64,000 bases of DNA from an uncultured Spirochaetota bacterium. GTDB taxonomy: Bacteria > Spirochaetota > Brevinematia > Brevinematales > JAOACQ01. The notes below the pieces were generated by a model, which was given only the letters and a program-made list of their open reading frames with translations, did no database searches and was not told the origin of the DNA. The position numbers and the translations under genes are program-made. Positions 18,741 through 28,452 of this stretch are shown here, piece by piece. Position 1 is the stretch's first letter. The number at the start of each line of letters is the position of its first letter. The stretch spans positions 224,001-288,000 of the forward strand of contig CAWAOD010000003.1 of NCBI GenBank assembly GCA_963783575.1, in the 5' to 3' direction.

Positions 18741-18808
18741 CATATAAAATCAATAAAGTAGAACCAGATAAAACCTGGTAAGCAATCTAAAAAATTAAGG
18801 AGAAAAAA

Positions 18809-19366
18809 ATGAAGCGGATGAAAAAAGTAAATAATATTCTTGTGATAATAGTTGTGAGTTTTACGGTAATTTTTCCTGCCATTGTTTTTTCAGCTACGGC
18901 AAGACAGATCAATATAGGCATTAACAAAGCTTTAATCCGTTTTGTTAGGCAGGTTAAGGGCGCAAAGGCATATCTCGATTCCGCAAAAGGCGTTCTGGTA
19001 ATTCCGGAGGTCAAGCAAGCCGGGTTTATTGTAGGGGGAGAATACGGTGAAGGCGGATTAAGAGTCGGCGGACAAACCGTTTCTTACTACAATATTGTTT
19101 CCGGTTCGATCGGCCCTCAGATCGGCGCTCAACAAAAAGATATCATCCTGGTTTTTATGAAAGAAGGAGCTTTAAATAAATTCCGCGCAAGCAAGAACTG
19201 GCAGGCAGGCGTTGACGGAACTGTAACAATCATTGAAAGCGGAGCAGAAGGTTCAATCGATACCACCAAAATCAATCAGCCGATCGTCGGCTTTGTTTCA
19301 GGTCAAAAAGGACTTATGGCCGGAGCAATGATCGAAGGATCAAAATTTTCAAGAATGAAGAAATAA
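18809..19366 (+). CDS. SYLF/Ysc84 lipid-binding domain secreted protein
   Basis: AKGVLVIPEVKQAGFIVGGEYGEG, GSIGPQIGAQ, GLMAG. Confidence 0.9.
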   Translation: MKRMKKVNNILVIIVVSFTVIFPAIVFSATARQINIGINKALIRFVRQVKGAKAYLDSAKGVLVIPEVKQAGFIVGGEYGEGGLRVGGQTVSYYNIVSGSIGPQIGAQQKDIILVFMKEGALNKFRASKNWQAGVDGTVTIIESGAEGSIDTTKINQPIVGFVSGQKGLMAGAMIEGSKFSRMKK

Positions 19367-19409
19367 ATTCGATTTTCTCAAGAATACCGGCTAAAAGTCT
19401 TGTTCCCAT

Positions 19410-20243
19410 TTACTTGCCGCGACAAACACGAAAACCCGTATCGTTGCCCTTGTTATATGGTTCATAGCCGTACCGGAAAGATGACTCGCAGCTGAAGTCG
19501 GATCCAAGCCAGCCGCCGCCCCTCCAGACCCGTTCAGCGCCGCTTATAGTCTCCAAAGATTCTCCGAACCAATCCCAGCACCATTCTCTTACGTTGCCCG
19601 ACATGTCATAAAGTCCCAATTCATTGGGTTTCTTGGAGCCGACCGCTTTTATTCTGTCATGATTACTTTCTATTACTTTTTCGTTCCAAAATCCTGTTAA
19701 AACTTTGTCTCCGGAATTCTGCCAATACCATGCTACTTCATCTATATTATCGCTACCGCTGTAAGTGTAACTCTTGCTCTTCTGCCCTCCGCCGGCGGCA
19801 TATTCCCACTCCGCTTCCATCGGCAGCCGGTAACCGCCGGCTCCCGCATTGACCGTTACTGTCCATTTTATATAATCGCTGTAATTCGTATTATTCGGGT
19901 CTTTTTTGTCCTTGTCTATGTTGTAATAGGGATTTAAGCCCTCTTTTATGCTCCTTTTATTGCAGTACTCAACACAGTCATACCAGCTCACCGTTTCTAC
20001 CGGCAGATTGCCGCCCCTGAATGTTGAGGGATTGCTTCCCATTACCTCAATCCATTCTTTTTGAGTTACCTCATACCGGCCGATATAAAAGTCCGGTATG
20101 GTTATGCTTTTTCCGTAGAGGTTGGACTTAGTGTTTATAAAAGTCCCTCCTTTGACGAATACCAGGTTACCAGGTTCTTTTTGCACACAAGCGCTGATAA
20201 AAAAAATTATTGCCGTTATAAGAAAAAAAAATTGTTTTCGCAT
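19410..20243 (-). CDS. Formylglycine-generating enzyme (FGE/SUMF1) family lipoprotein
   Basis: ISAC lipobox; FYIGRYEVTQ, PVETVSWYD, YRLPMEAEWEYAA, PNELGLYDMSGNVREWCWD, GFRV. Confidence 0.92.
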   Translation of the reverse strand: MRKQFFFLITAIIFFISACVQKEPGNLVFVKGGTFINTKSNLYGKSITIPDFYIGRYEVTQKEWIEVMGSNPSTFRGGNLPVETVSWYDCVEYCNKRSIKEGLNPYYNIDKDKKDPNNTNYSDYIKWTVTVNAGAGGYRLPMEAEWEYAAGGGQKSKSYTYSGSDNIDEVAWYWQNSGDKVLTGFWNEKVIESNHDRIKAVGSKKPNELGLYDMSGNVREWCWDWFGESLETISGAERVWRGGGWLGSDFSCESSFRYGYEPYNKGNDTGFRVCRGK

Positions 20244-20281
20244 GGAAATGTCTCCTCTCAATGATAGTAAAAAGTCAGGGT

Positions 20282-20314
20282 AAAAAAAAGTGCCGCTTGA
20301 TTTCCAAGCGGCAC
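20282..20314 (-). terminator. Intrinsic terminator downstream of the xylanase gene
   Basis: Perfect 10-bp stem gtgccgcttg/caagcggcac with an A8 tract on the + strand (U8 on the - strand). Confidence 0.85.
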
Positions 20315-20367
20315 ATAATTAATACGTAAATACAAACATTAGCAGACCGGATAACTGTTATGACTTT

Positions 20368-21168
20368 TTAATAAATTCCGCCGACAGCCGCCCCTGTAAC
20401 GGTTTGACCGGGAATGTTCGTGCCGTTAGTTTGTTTTGACCAGAATTCAGCAAAAACTATCTGGTAATCATGGGTCCCTAGATTCAGTCCTGCGTTTGCC
20501 CAATAATTAACATGATTTTTAAAAGTTATAGTCCTGCCGGCACTTTCATAAAAACCTTCCGTAATATCCATATACTGCCAGAAACTCGCTGTTCCAATAA
20601 TGGAAGGTTTGTTAACCCTGTAATTCTTCCATGCACCATAAGCGGCATTATCAGAACCCATAAATCCCACATAAGTATGTTTTTGACCGTCAATATCGGG
20701 ACTATTAACCGGGTTTTCTTTAGCGCCCTCATGTTCGATGACATAATATTCCACGAGCGGGTTTTTCGTCCAGCCATATAGGCCGAAAGCTCCGCCATAG
20801 CTGTTACTCCAAACTTTGTTCGTGATGGTTACAACCCTGCTCGACGACCCGGTTTGCCAGCCTTTGCCGATAACAGTCCCGCCGCAAAAATTGGTAACGC
20901 CGATACTAAAGCCTTTACCGCCATCCATAGCCGCTTTGATTGTGCCGGTGGCGCCATCACTTTTCCAATAAGTCCAGAAATAGCCGCCATCACTGCCAGT
21001 GCCGGGGTTTACGGCGCCTTTTGTCATAAACACATCATCACCCTGGGATGACGATTGAGCCAATGCGGATTGCTGTTGTGTGGCAGTTAGAGAACATCCG
21101 GCTAAGAACATAACAGTAACCGCTGTTACTAGAACCACAGAGACTAACACCATACGTTTAAAACTCAT
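20368..21168 (-). CDS. xynA: Endo-1,4-beta-xylanase, glycoside hydrolase family 11, lipoprotein
   Basis: LAGC lipobox; GYFWTYW, GKGWQTG, LYGWTKNPLVEYY (nucleophile Glu), PSIIGTASFWQY, HDYQIVFAE (acid/base Glu). Confidence 0.9.
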   Translation of the reverse strand: MSFKRMVLVSVVLVTAVTVMFLAGCSLTATQQQSALAQSSSQGDDVFMTKGAVNPGTGSDGGYFWTYWKSDGATGTIKAAMDGGKGFSIGVTNFCGGTVIGKGWQTGSSSRVVTITNKVWSNSYGGAFGLYGWTKNPLVEYYVIEHEGAKENPVNSPDIDGQKHTYVGFMGSDNAAYGAWKNYRVNKPSIIGTASFWQYMDITEGFYESAGRTITFKNHVNYWANAGLNLGTHDYQIVFAEFWSKQTNGTNIPGQTVTGAAVGGIY

Positions 21169-21297
21169 AAGAACCTCCTACCCTAAATTTTTACCATCTT
21201 AATTTATGATGATAAAAAAGTCAAAATAACGAATTGCTTTATAATAAATCTACTCGAAAATTGTACGAAAATAATCCCAGCAAAGCTTGGAGGATTT

Positions 21298-22340
21298 ATG
21301 GGGTTAACGATGAAAGAAAGAAAATCAATTTATCGAGAATACGCTGAAAAATATCGTAAAGCAAAAAGAAAAAAAAGTAAAATGGAGATTTTAAATAATT
21401 TTATTGAGACAACTGGATTGAACCGTAATTATACCGCAACGTTGCTTAGAAACCAGGTAAAAAGGTTAAAATTGGCGGTAAATCATGGAAGAAAAAAGAA
21501 ATATGATGAAACAGTATTAAAACCTCTGTTGCGAATTTGGAAGATTATGGACTTTATATGTGGCAAACGGTTAAAAGTAGTACTAACGGCAGTTATTATA
21601 AATTTGAAGGCTCATGGATGGTTGAAATTAAACAATGAAGTTGAACAGAAATTGAACGAAATAAGTGCTTCCAGTATTGATAGATTGTTAAAACCTGAAC
21701 GCAAACGACTACAACTTAAAGGCCATAGTGGAACAAAGCCTGGGACACTACTCAAGAACCAGATAGCAGTTCGTACCTGGGCGGAGTGGGATGAAAACTG
21801 CCCTGGATATTTTGAGATAGATTTAGTCGGACATGACGGTGGGATATCCGTGGAGATTTTGCCCAGACATTGGACATGGTAGATGTATATAGTTGGATGG
21901 AAACCGTAGCCATAAGGAATAAAGCCTCGAAATGGGTTAATGAAGCAGTAGACAAAATTAAAAAGCAGCTTCCTTTTCTATTGTTGGGGTTGGATTCAGA
22001 TACCGGGGCGGAATTTATTAATAATATTATGAAAAAATATTGTGAAGAAAAAGATATAAAATTCACACGTGGTAGAAGCACACGATCCAATGATAATTGT
22101 TATATTGAGCAGAAAAATTATTCTGTTGTGAGGAAGACCGTAGGATATGTCAGATATGACACTGAGGAGGAAGTAGATATTCTCAACGAATTATATGGTT
22201 ATCTTCGGCTTTATACAAACCACCTTCAGCCAGTTATGAAATTAAAGGAAAAAGAAAGAATTGGAAGTAAAGTAAAAAAGCGTCATAAAAAACCTGTATT
22301 GCCTTATAAACGAATTATTAAATCAAAAAGTGTAAAATCA
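21298..22340 (+). pseudogene. DDE integrase-core transposase (ISNCY/IS481-like), frameshifted and C-terminally truncated
   Basis: YRKA...EIL..F..TTG..R.Y...LL, FICGKRL, ISASSIDRLL, PGYFEIDLVGHDGG, frameshift near 21842, then DSDTGAEF and NDNCYIEQKN. Similarity appears to end near 22340. Confidence 0.85.
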
Positions 22341-22437
22341 ATGACCCTTCCCCGAGTATTACACTACGCCCTTCAATTCTTCAGGGCAGGCTCTACCGAA
22401 TGCGTCAACAGCACTATGATGGGAATATCAATAAATA

Positions 22438-24777
22438 TTATTCTATTAAAATCTTTTCAAGAACCTCTTCAACCCTTTCAACATAAAAGATATTCAAATC
22501 CTTAAGAATCTGCTCCGGCATTTCTTTGACATCTTTTTCATTCTTCCTTGGAATTATTATGCTGAATATTCCCCCTCTTTTTGAAGCAAGGAGTTTCTCC
22601 CTCAATCCCCCTATCGGAAGGACATCCCCTTTAAGTGTAATTTCACCTGTCATAGCATAATCGTTCCTTGCTTTCTTACCTGAAAATGCAGAAATTACGG
22701 AACTGATCATTGTCACGCCGGCCGATGGGCCGTCCTTTGGAATTGCGCCTTCGGGCACATGAATATGAAGATCGTTTTCCCTGAATTTATTGGGATCGAT
22801 CGCATAGTTCTCCGCTACCGATTTGGCATAAGAAAAAGCTATCTTGGCCGACTCCTGCATGATCTCGCCTATCTGGCCTGTTATTATCAAATCCCCTTTG
22901 CCTTTAAAGATGGAGCTTTCGACATAAAGCACATCGCCGCCGTTCTCCGTCCATGCAAGCCCGGCAATTACTCCGGATCTTGGTTCCTTCTGGACTTTTG
23001 TATAATCAAACCTCTTTATCCCGAGGTATTTTTCAAGCCTGGTGGGTATGATATTTATAGAACTTATATTTTTTGTAAGTTTTTCCCTGGCGATTTTACG
23101 GATTACTTTACCTATATTTCTTTCGAGGCTCCTGACACCTGCTTCTTTTGTATAATATCTGACAATATCCAGTATGGCGGCGTCATTGAATCTTATTTTA
23201 ACGTTCGACAAACCGTTTTCCACTGCCTGTTTCGGTATTAGAAACTTTTTTGCTATTTCCTTCTTTTCGAGTTCAGTATAACCGGGAATCTCAATAACTT
23301 CCATTCTGTCCCTCAGGGGAATCGGAATATTGTAAAGATTATTGGCCGTTGTAATAAAAAATGTATATGATAAGTCAAAGTCCAGTGAAAGATAATGGTC
23401 ATTGAAAGAATTATTCTGCTCCGGATCCAGAACTTCAAGAAGAGCAGAACTGGGATCGCCCCTAAAATCCGTGCTCATTTTATCGATTTCATCCATCAAA
23501 AATATAGGGTTCATCGAACCGGCCTTTTTCATCATTTGTATTATTTTCCCCGGTAATGCTCCGACATAAGTCCTTCTGTGCCCTCTGATTTCCGCTTCAT
23601 CCCTCACGCCGCCTAAGGATACCCTTACAAAATTTCGGTTTAGCGCATGAGCCACCGATTTGGACAGAGAAGTTTTACCGGTACCTGGCGGCCCTACGAG
23701 ACAAATGATCGGCCCCTTTGATTTTGGGTTCAACTGCCTTATGGCAATAAAATCAAGGATCCTTTCCTTGGCTTCTTTTAAACCGTAGTGTTCCTTTTCA
23801 AGAATTTCCTCGGCTATCTTTAAATCCTTATTGTCATTGGTATAAATACCCCAGGGAAGATCGACCAGCCATTCTATGTAGTTGTACAAAACCGTATATT
23901 CCGGCGACATATTCGGTATCTTTGCCAATCTTTCCAGTTCGCTGTTGAATTTTTCCTTTACGGCTTCCGGCATTTCTTTTCCCTTGGCCCTTTCTTTTAG
24001 CTCGGAAATCCCCTCATCGGCAGCCTCACCCTCATCGAGTTCTTTACGGATTTCCTTCAATTGCTCATTAAGGAAATACTTTTTCTGCATCTTTTCCATT
24101 CTATCCTGAACACGCTTGTTAATATCATCCTCTATCTTTAAAACATCGATTTCCTTATGAACCAGCGCCAGGGCTTTAGTCAATCTTTCGTTTATATCAT
24201 TTTCCTCGAGAATAATTTGTTTATCCATAACCTGTGATGGAATATTAGCCATTACTGCGTCTATCAACTTCTCAGAATCATCAATTGCAACAACAGATGC
24301 CGCAGTTTCTTTTGGAATCTTCGGGTTGAGCGAAATGTATTCAACAAACTTGTCTTTCAGACTCCTGACCAAGGCTTCGAGTTCGGTATTGTTGCTGGTG
24401 ATCGATTTAAGATCATCCAGATCGACAAGAAAGAAATCGTCCTCGGTAATATATTTAGTAACTCTCGCCCTTTTCAGCCCTTCTACAAGGATCCTTACCA
24501 TACCGTTGGGCATATTTATAACTTCAAGAATAGTAGAAACACATCCGACATCGTAAATATCCTTATCGGATGGATTTTCGACATCTTTGCTCTTCTGCGC
24601 AGATAAAAACAGCGGCAGGTTATTTTCAAATGCATGCATCACCGCCCTGACCGATGAATTCCTGCCGATTATAAGCGGTACAACCATATATGGAAAAACT
24701 ACTATACCTCGCAGCGGTATTAATGGAAGTTTATCTTTCTTTTTAGATTCTGCCTTTTCGTTAACTAATTCTGTCAT
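22438..24777 (-). CDS. lon: Lon protease
   Basis: [42 protein letters not shown] catalytic Ser motif. Confidence 0.98.
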   Translation of the reverse strand: MTELVNEKAESKKKDKLPLIPLRGIVVFPYMVVPLIIGRNSSVRAVMHAFENNLPLFLSAQKSKDVENPSDKDIYDVGCVSTILEVINMPNGMVRILVEGLKRARVTKYITEDDFFLVDLDDLKSITSNNTELEALVRSLKDKFVEYISLNPKIPKETAASVVAIDDSEKLIDAVMANIPSQVMDKQIILEENDINERLTKALALVHKEIDVLKIEDDINKRVQDRMEKMQKKYFLNEQLKEIRKELDEGEAADEGISELKERAKGKEMPEAVKEKFNSELERLAKIPNMSPEYTVLYNYIEWLVDLPWGIYTNDNKDLKIAEEILEKEHYGLKEAKERILDFIAIRQLNPKSKGPIICLVGPPGTGKTSLSKSVAHALNRNFVRVSLGGVRDEAEIRGHRRTYVGALPGKIIQMMKKAGSMNPIFLMDEIDKMSTDFRGDPSSALLEVLDPEQNNSFNDHYLSLDFDLSYTFFITTANNLYNIPIPLRDRMEVIEIPGYTELEKKEIAKKFLIPKQAVENGLSNVKIRFNDAAILDIVRYYTKEAGVRSLERNIGKVIRKIAREKLTKNISSINIIPTRLEKYLGIKRFDYTKVQKEPRSGVIAGLAWTENGGDVLYVESSIFKGKGDLIITGQIGEIMQESAKIAFSYAKSVAENYAIDPNKFRENDLHIHVPEGAIPKDGPSAGVTMISSVISAFSGKKARNDYAMTGEITLKGDVLPIGGLREKLLASKRGGIFSIIIPRKNEKDVKEMPEQILKDLNIFYVERVEEVLEKILIE

Positions 24778-24787
24778 GGATTCCCCT

Positions 24788-26085
24788 TTACGCTATTTTC
24801 GGCGCCACGCCTTCCGTTATAACATCCCTGTCAACAGTGCAGCGTGAGATCTTAGTCATAGAAGGCACTTCAAACATTATATCAGTCATTATCTCTTCTA
24901 TAACCGCTCTTAATCCTCTCGCTCCGATTTTTCTATCTATTGTCTTTTTTACAATCTCATTTATCGCATCTTCGGTAAAAATAAGCTCGATATTTTCAAG
25001 TCCGAGCAGTTTCTGATACTGCTTTATTATTGCGTTCTTCGGATCTGTCAAAACGCGCTTCAATTCTTCATCCGTCAATTCATGGAGCACGGTAGTTACA
25101 GGCAATCTCCCGACGAGTTCCGGAATTAAGCCGTATTTTATAAAGTCATGAGGAATTACTTCCCCAAGTATCAGGTCGATCGATTTTTGCTTTTCAATAC
25201 CCTTACTCATGAATCCAACTTCTTTTTTACCGACCCGGTTTTTGATAATATCTTCCAATCCCACAAACGCCCCTCCGACAATAAATAAGATGTTAGAGGT
25301 GTTTATAATGAGATTTTTCTGCTGAGGGTGCTTTCTTCCTCCGTTTGCGGGGACTGTTGCATCTGTTCCCTCGATGATCTTCAGTAAAGCCTGCTGAACA
25401 CCCTCTCCGGAAACATCACGCGTTATTGACATATTTTCGCTTTTCCTTGAAATCTTATCAATCTCATCGATATAAACTATACCTACTTCAGCCCTGGATA
25501 TAACTTTATCAACATCTGGAGATTCGGGATCAAAATCTCCGCCGGCGGCATTTTGAATAAGCCTGAGAAGCACATTTTCAACATCATCGCCTACATACCC
25601 GGCTTCAGTCAGTGTCGTTGCATCGGCAATCGCGAAGGGAACATCAAGCATCCGGGCAAGAGTTCTCGCAAGAAGGGTCTTTCCGCTGCCCGTCGGGCCG
25701 ACAAGCAGGATGTTACTTTTCTCAATTTCAACATCATCTTTATCGTTAAGATAATTGTTTGAAAAAATCCGTTTATAATGATTATAAACCGCGACCGCCA
25801 GAACTTTTTTAGCGTAATCCTGGCCGATAACATAATTATCAAGAAAGGATTTTATTTCTTTGGGCTTGGACATTTTATTAAGAGAAAACATCATAGTGTT
25901 TTTATGCTCGGTCTGAAGTATCCTGGTAGGAATTATAAAGGCAATTGTCGCATATATAAACCTCACCGTCACCCTTAAACATTTTATAAACTTCAGTTGA
26001 TAAAGCGCCGCAGAAATTGCACTTTATAACCGGTTTATATTTTGGCGCTGTACCTGAATAAATATTATTCCTTTTTTGTGGCCAT
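24788..26085 (-). CDS. clpX: ATP-dependent Clp protease ATP-binding subunit ClpX (two +1 frameshifts near 26075 and 25922)
   Basis: ATG at 26085 just after clpP. The zinc-finger CNFCG...ICDNC lies in a shifted frame; main ORF has [39 protein letters not shown]. Confidence 0.95.
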
Positions 26086-26088
26086 AAA

Positions 26089-26670
26089 TTATAACCTTCT
26101 TTCGATAATCTCGTCTACTATTCCATAATTCTTTGCTTCGGTTGCAGACATAAAGAAATCACGGTCGGTATCGACATCGATTTTTTCAATAGGCTGTTTT
26201 GTGTGTTTGGCAAGAATATTATCCAGCAGTGATTTTGTTTTAAGCATTTCTTCCGCCTGAATTTTAATATCGCTCGCCTGCCCCTGCGTTCCGCCGGAAG
26301 GCTGGTGTATCATAATCCTTGAATAGGGAAGTGTAAATCTTTTCCCGGGTTTCCCGGCAGCGAGAAGAACCGCTCCCATAGACGCGGCCTGGCCGATGCA
26401 GATCGTGGAAACACTGGATTTAATATACTGCATCGTATCATAAATCGCAAGACCAGCCGATACAATTCCTCCCGGAGAATTAATATAGAGGCTAATATCT
26501 CTTTCCGGATCCTCCGCTTCTAAAAATAAAAGCTGAGCTATTACAAGATTAGCCACATCGTCATCAATAACAGCTCCAAGAAAGACAATTCTATCTTTCA
26601 ATAAACGTGAATATATATCATAAGCCCTTTCACCCCTGTTGCTCTGTTCGATAACCATTGGTATCAACAT
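26089..26670 (-). CDS. clpP: ATP-dependent Clp protease proteolytic subunit
   Basis: [41 protein letters not shown]. Confidence 0.98.
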   Translation of the reverse strand: MLIPMVIEQSNRGERAYDIYSRLLKDRIVFLGAVIDDDVANLVIAQLLFLEAEDPERDISLYINSPGGIVSAGLAIYDTMQYIKSSVSTICIGQAASMGAVLLAAGKPGKRFTLPYSRIMIHQPSGGTQGQASDIKIQAEEMLKTKSLLDNILAKHTKQPIEKIDVDTDRDFFMSATEAKNYGIVDEIIERRL

Positions 26671-26835
26671 GTTTTACTCCTATAAAAATAAATATAATTC
26701 TTCTAAAATATTAATAATTTAATGCAAGGAAATCATATATAAAAAACATTCATATGTTTCGGTATAATATGCTGTATAAATTAATCGATTATAAATATAA
26801 ATATAATCATTATTAAATAAAAAGTGAAGTTAATG

Positions 26836-27598
26836 TTATATTATCGAATTCTCAAGATCATCCAGCCCTTCAATGCGGATAATTATTCTATCGCCTTTCT
26901 GCATCGGGCCGATGCCCTGAGGCGTTCCTGTGGCAATAATATCACCGGGGTATAATGTCATGATTTTACTGATAAAACTAACCAGAAAATTAATGGGAAA
27001 TATCATATCCGAGGTATTGGAATTCTGTTTGACTTCGCCGTTTAAAATCGATTGAATTTTAAGTTTCTGCGGATTATCGATTTCAGTTTCAATATAAGGG
27101 CCAAAAGGCGCAAATGTATCGAATCCTTTCGCTCTTGTCCACTGTCCGTCTTTTGCCTGCAAGTCCCTGGCTGTAACATCATTAAAGCAGGTGTAACCTA
27201 AAATGTAATCTGAAGCATCCTTAATCTCAATATTCTTAGCTGTGGTCTTTATTACAACACCAAGTTCGGCCTCAAAATCAAGCCTATTCACGGATTCCGG
27301 ATAAATAACGGGTTGTTTGTGGGCTAGAATACTGCTTGAAGGTTTAATAAATAAAAGCGGTTCTTCCGGAAGTTTATCCTTCATTTCATCTGCATGCATT
27401 TTTATAATTTAAACCGACTGCAACTATTTTTGCCGGTATGACGGGAGTTGAAACAATAAGTTCATCAATCGGATATTCTACTGATCTCACTCTTTCAATG
27501 TAATTATTGATACGGATAACATGATTCTCTTTGACAATTCCATGAAAACCATTAATGCTTCCATTTTCAAAAAAAAATCCCAGTTTCATTTTCAACAT
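26836..27598 (-). CDS. Fumarylacetoacetate hydrolase family protein (one +1 frameshift near 27401)
   Basis: KIVAVGLNYK continues as MHADEM...PLLFIKP after removing one A; DFEAELGVVI, NDVTARDLQ, AKGFDTFAPFGP, GDIIATGTP. Confidence 0.92.
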
Positions 27599-27673
27599 TT
27601 CCTAAACATATTCGGATTTCCCTATTAACTATTGGAACTGAATAATTATACAGCATAATAAGACTGATTACCG

Positions 27674-28012
27674 TTATGAAATTGCTTCTCTAAATTCCCT
27701 GCCGCTTTGTAAAATAAGATTTGAGACATACTTATCAATTTTTTCAGTATTTTCTTTTGATATTTCTTCATATCTTAACCCGATAACATTACCGGTTACA
27801 TTTCTGACAATCCCCCAAAAATCAATCTCTTCATTATGTGCATCCGGAATTCTGAAAATTACCCTGACAAGGTCCCCGACAACAAAAATTTGTTTAACCT
27901 CCAATCCCAGGCCGCCGGTAGAAATATCCACAATGTGCCCATCACCCTGAAAACCCTTTAACATATAAGAAGCTTTAATATTTACAGAGATCCTGGTCGG
28001 TCTAACCGGCAT
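27674..28012 (-). CDS. Stand-alone PilZ-domain protein
   Basis: RPTR near the N-terminus, DISTGG (DxSxxG), GIVRNV...GLRYEEI. Confidence 0.85.
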   Translation of the reverse strand: MPVRPTRISVNIKASYMLKGFQGDGHIVDISTGGLGLEVKQIFVVGDLVRVIFRIPDAHNEEIDFWGIVRNVTGNVIGLRYEEISKENTEKIDKYVSNLILQSGREFREAIS

Positions 28013-28074
28013 TTTTACACCTCCCTAATTATATTTTTATAACACTGATTATTAGCCCGGTCATATTATTAATA

Positions 28075-28326
28075 CTAACCGAATAGCCCCACATCAAGCT
28101 TATTATCCTCTCCCGATGCGAGTTTCGATATATTTTTTACCTCATAAACTTTTCTTTCAATATCAGCCAACCGCAATTCCAGTTTACCGGATAATTTCAT
28201 ACCTTCTTCATACAAAACAAGAGCTTCTTCAATTGAAAGCCCCGATTCCAGCTTCTCCACTATCTCCTCAAGGCGTTTCAGATCTGCTTCAAATGTTGGC
28301 CCTGTTTTCTCAACCTTCTTAGGCAT
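28075..28326 (-). CDS. xseB: Exodeoxyribonuclease VII small subunit
   Basis: TFEADLKRLEEIVEKLESG-LSIEEALVLYEEGMKL. Confidence 0.92.
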   Translation of the reverse strand: MPKKVEKTGPTFEADLKRLEEIVEKLESGLSIEEALVLYEEGMKLSGKLELRLADIERKVYEVKNISKLASGEDNKLDVGLFG

Positions 28327-28452
28327 CTAATTTTTCCTGCGGTAATTTTTATACTTTCCAAAGATTATAAATTATCATTAATAAAAAATAAAGAAATCGT
28401 ATTGAAACATAAGCTATAAATAAAACCTAAACTGCACATATTAGGTAAACTG

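Noticed and set aside
19410..20243. FGE/C-type-lectin-fold lipoprotein as a diversity-generating retroelement target (like treponemal TvpA)
   Set aside because: No reverse transcriptase gene is present and I found no template repeat matching its 3' end in the window.
27674..28012. PilZ protein plus the GGDEF protein at 75-1706 as a dedicated c-di-GMP circuit
   Set aside because: The genes are 26 kb apart, both families are common, and the PilZ has only RxxR rather than a clear RxxxR. There is no evidence of linkage.
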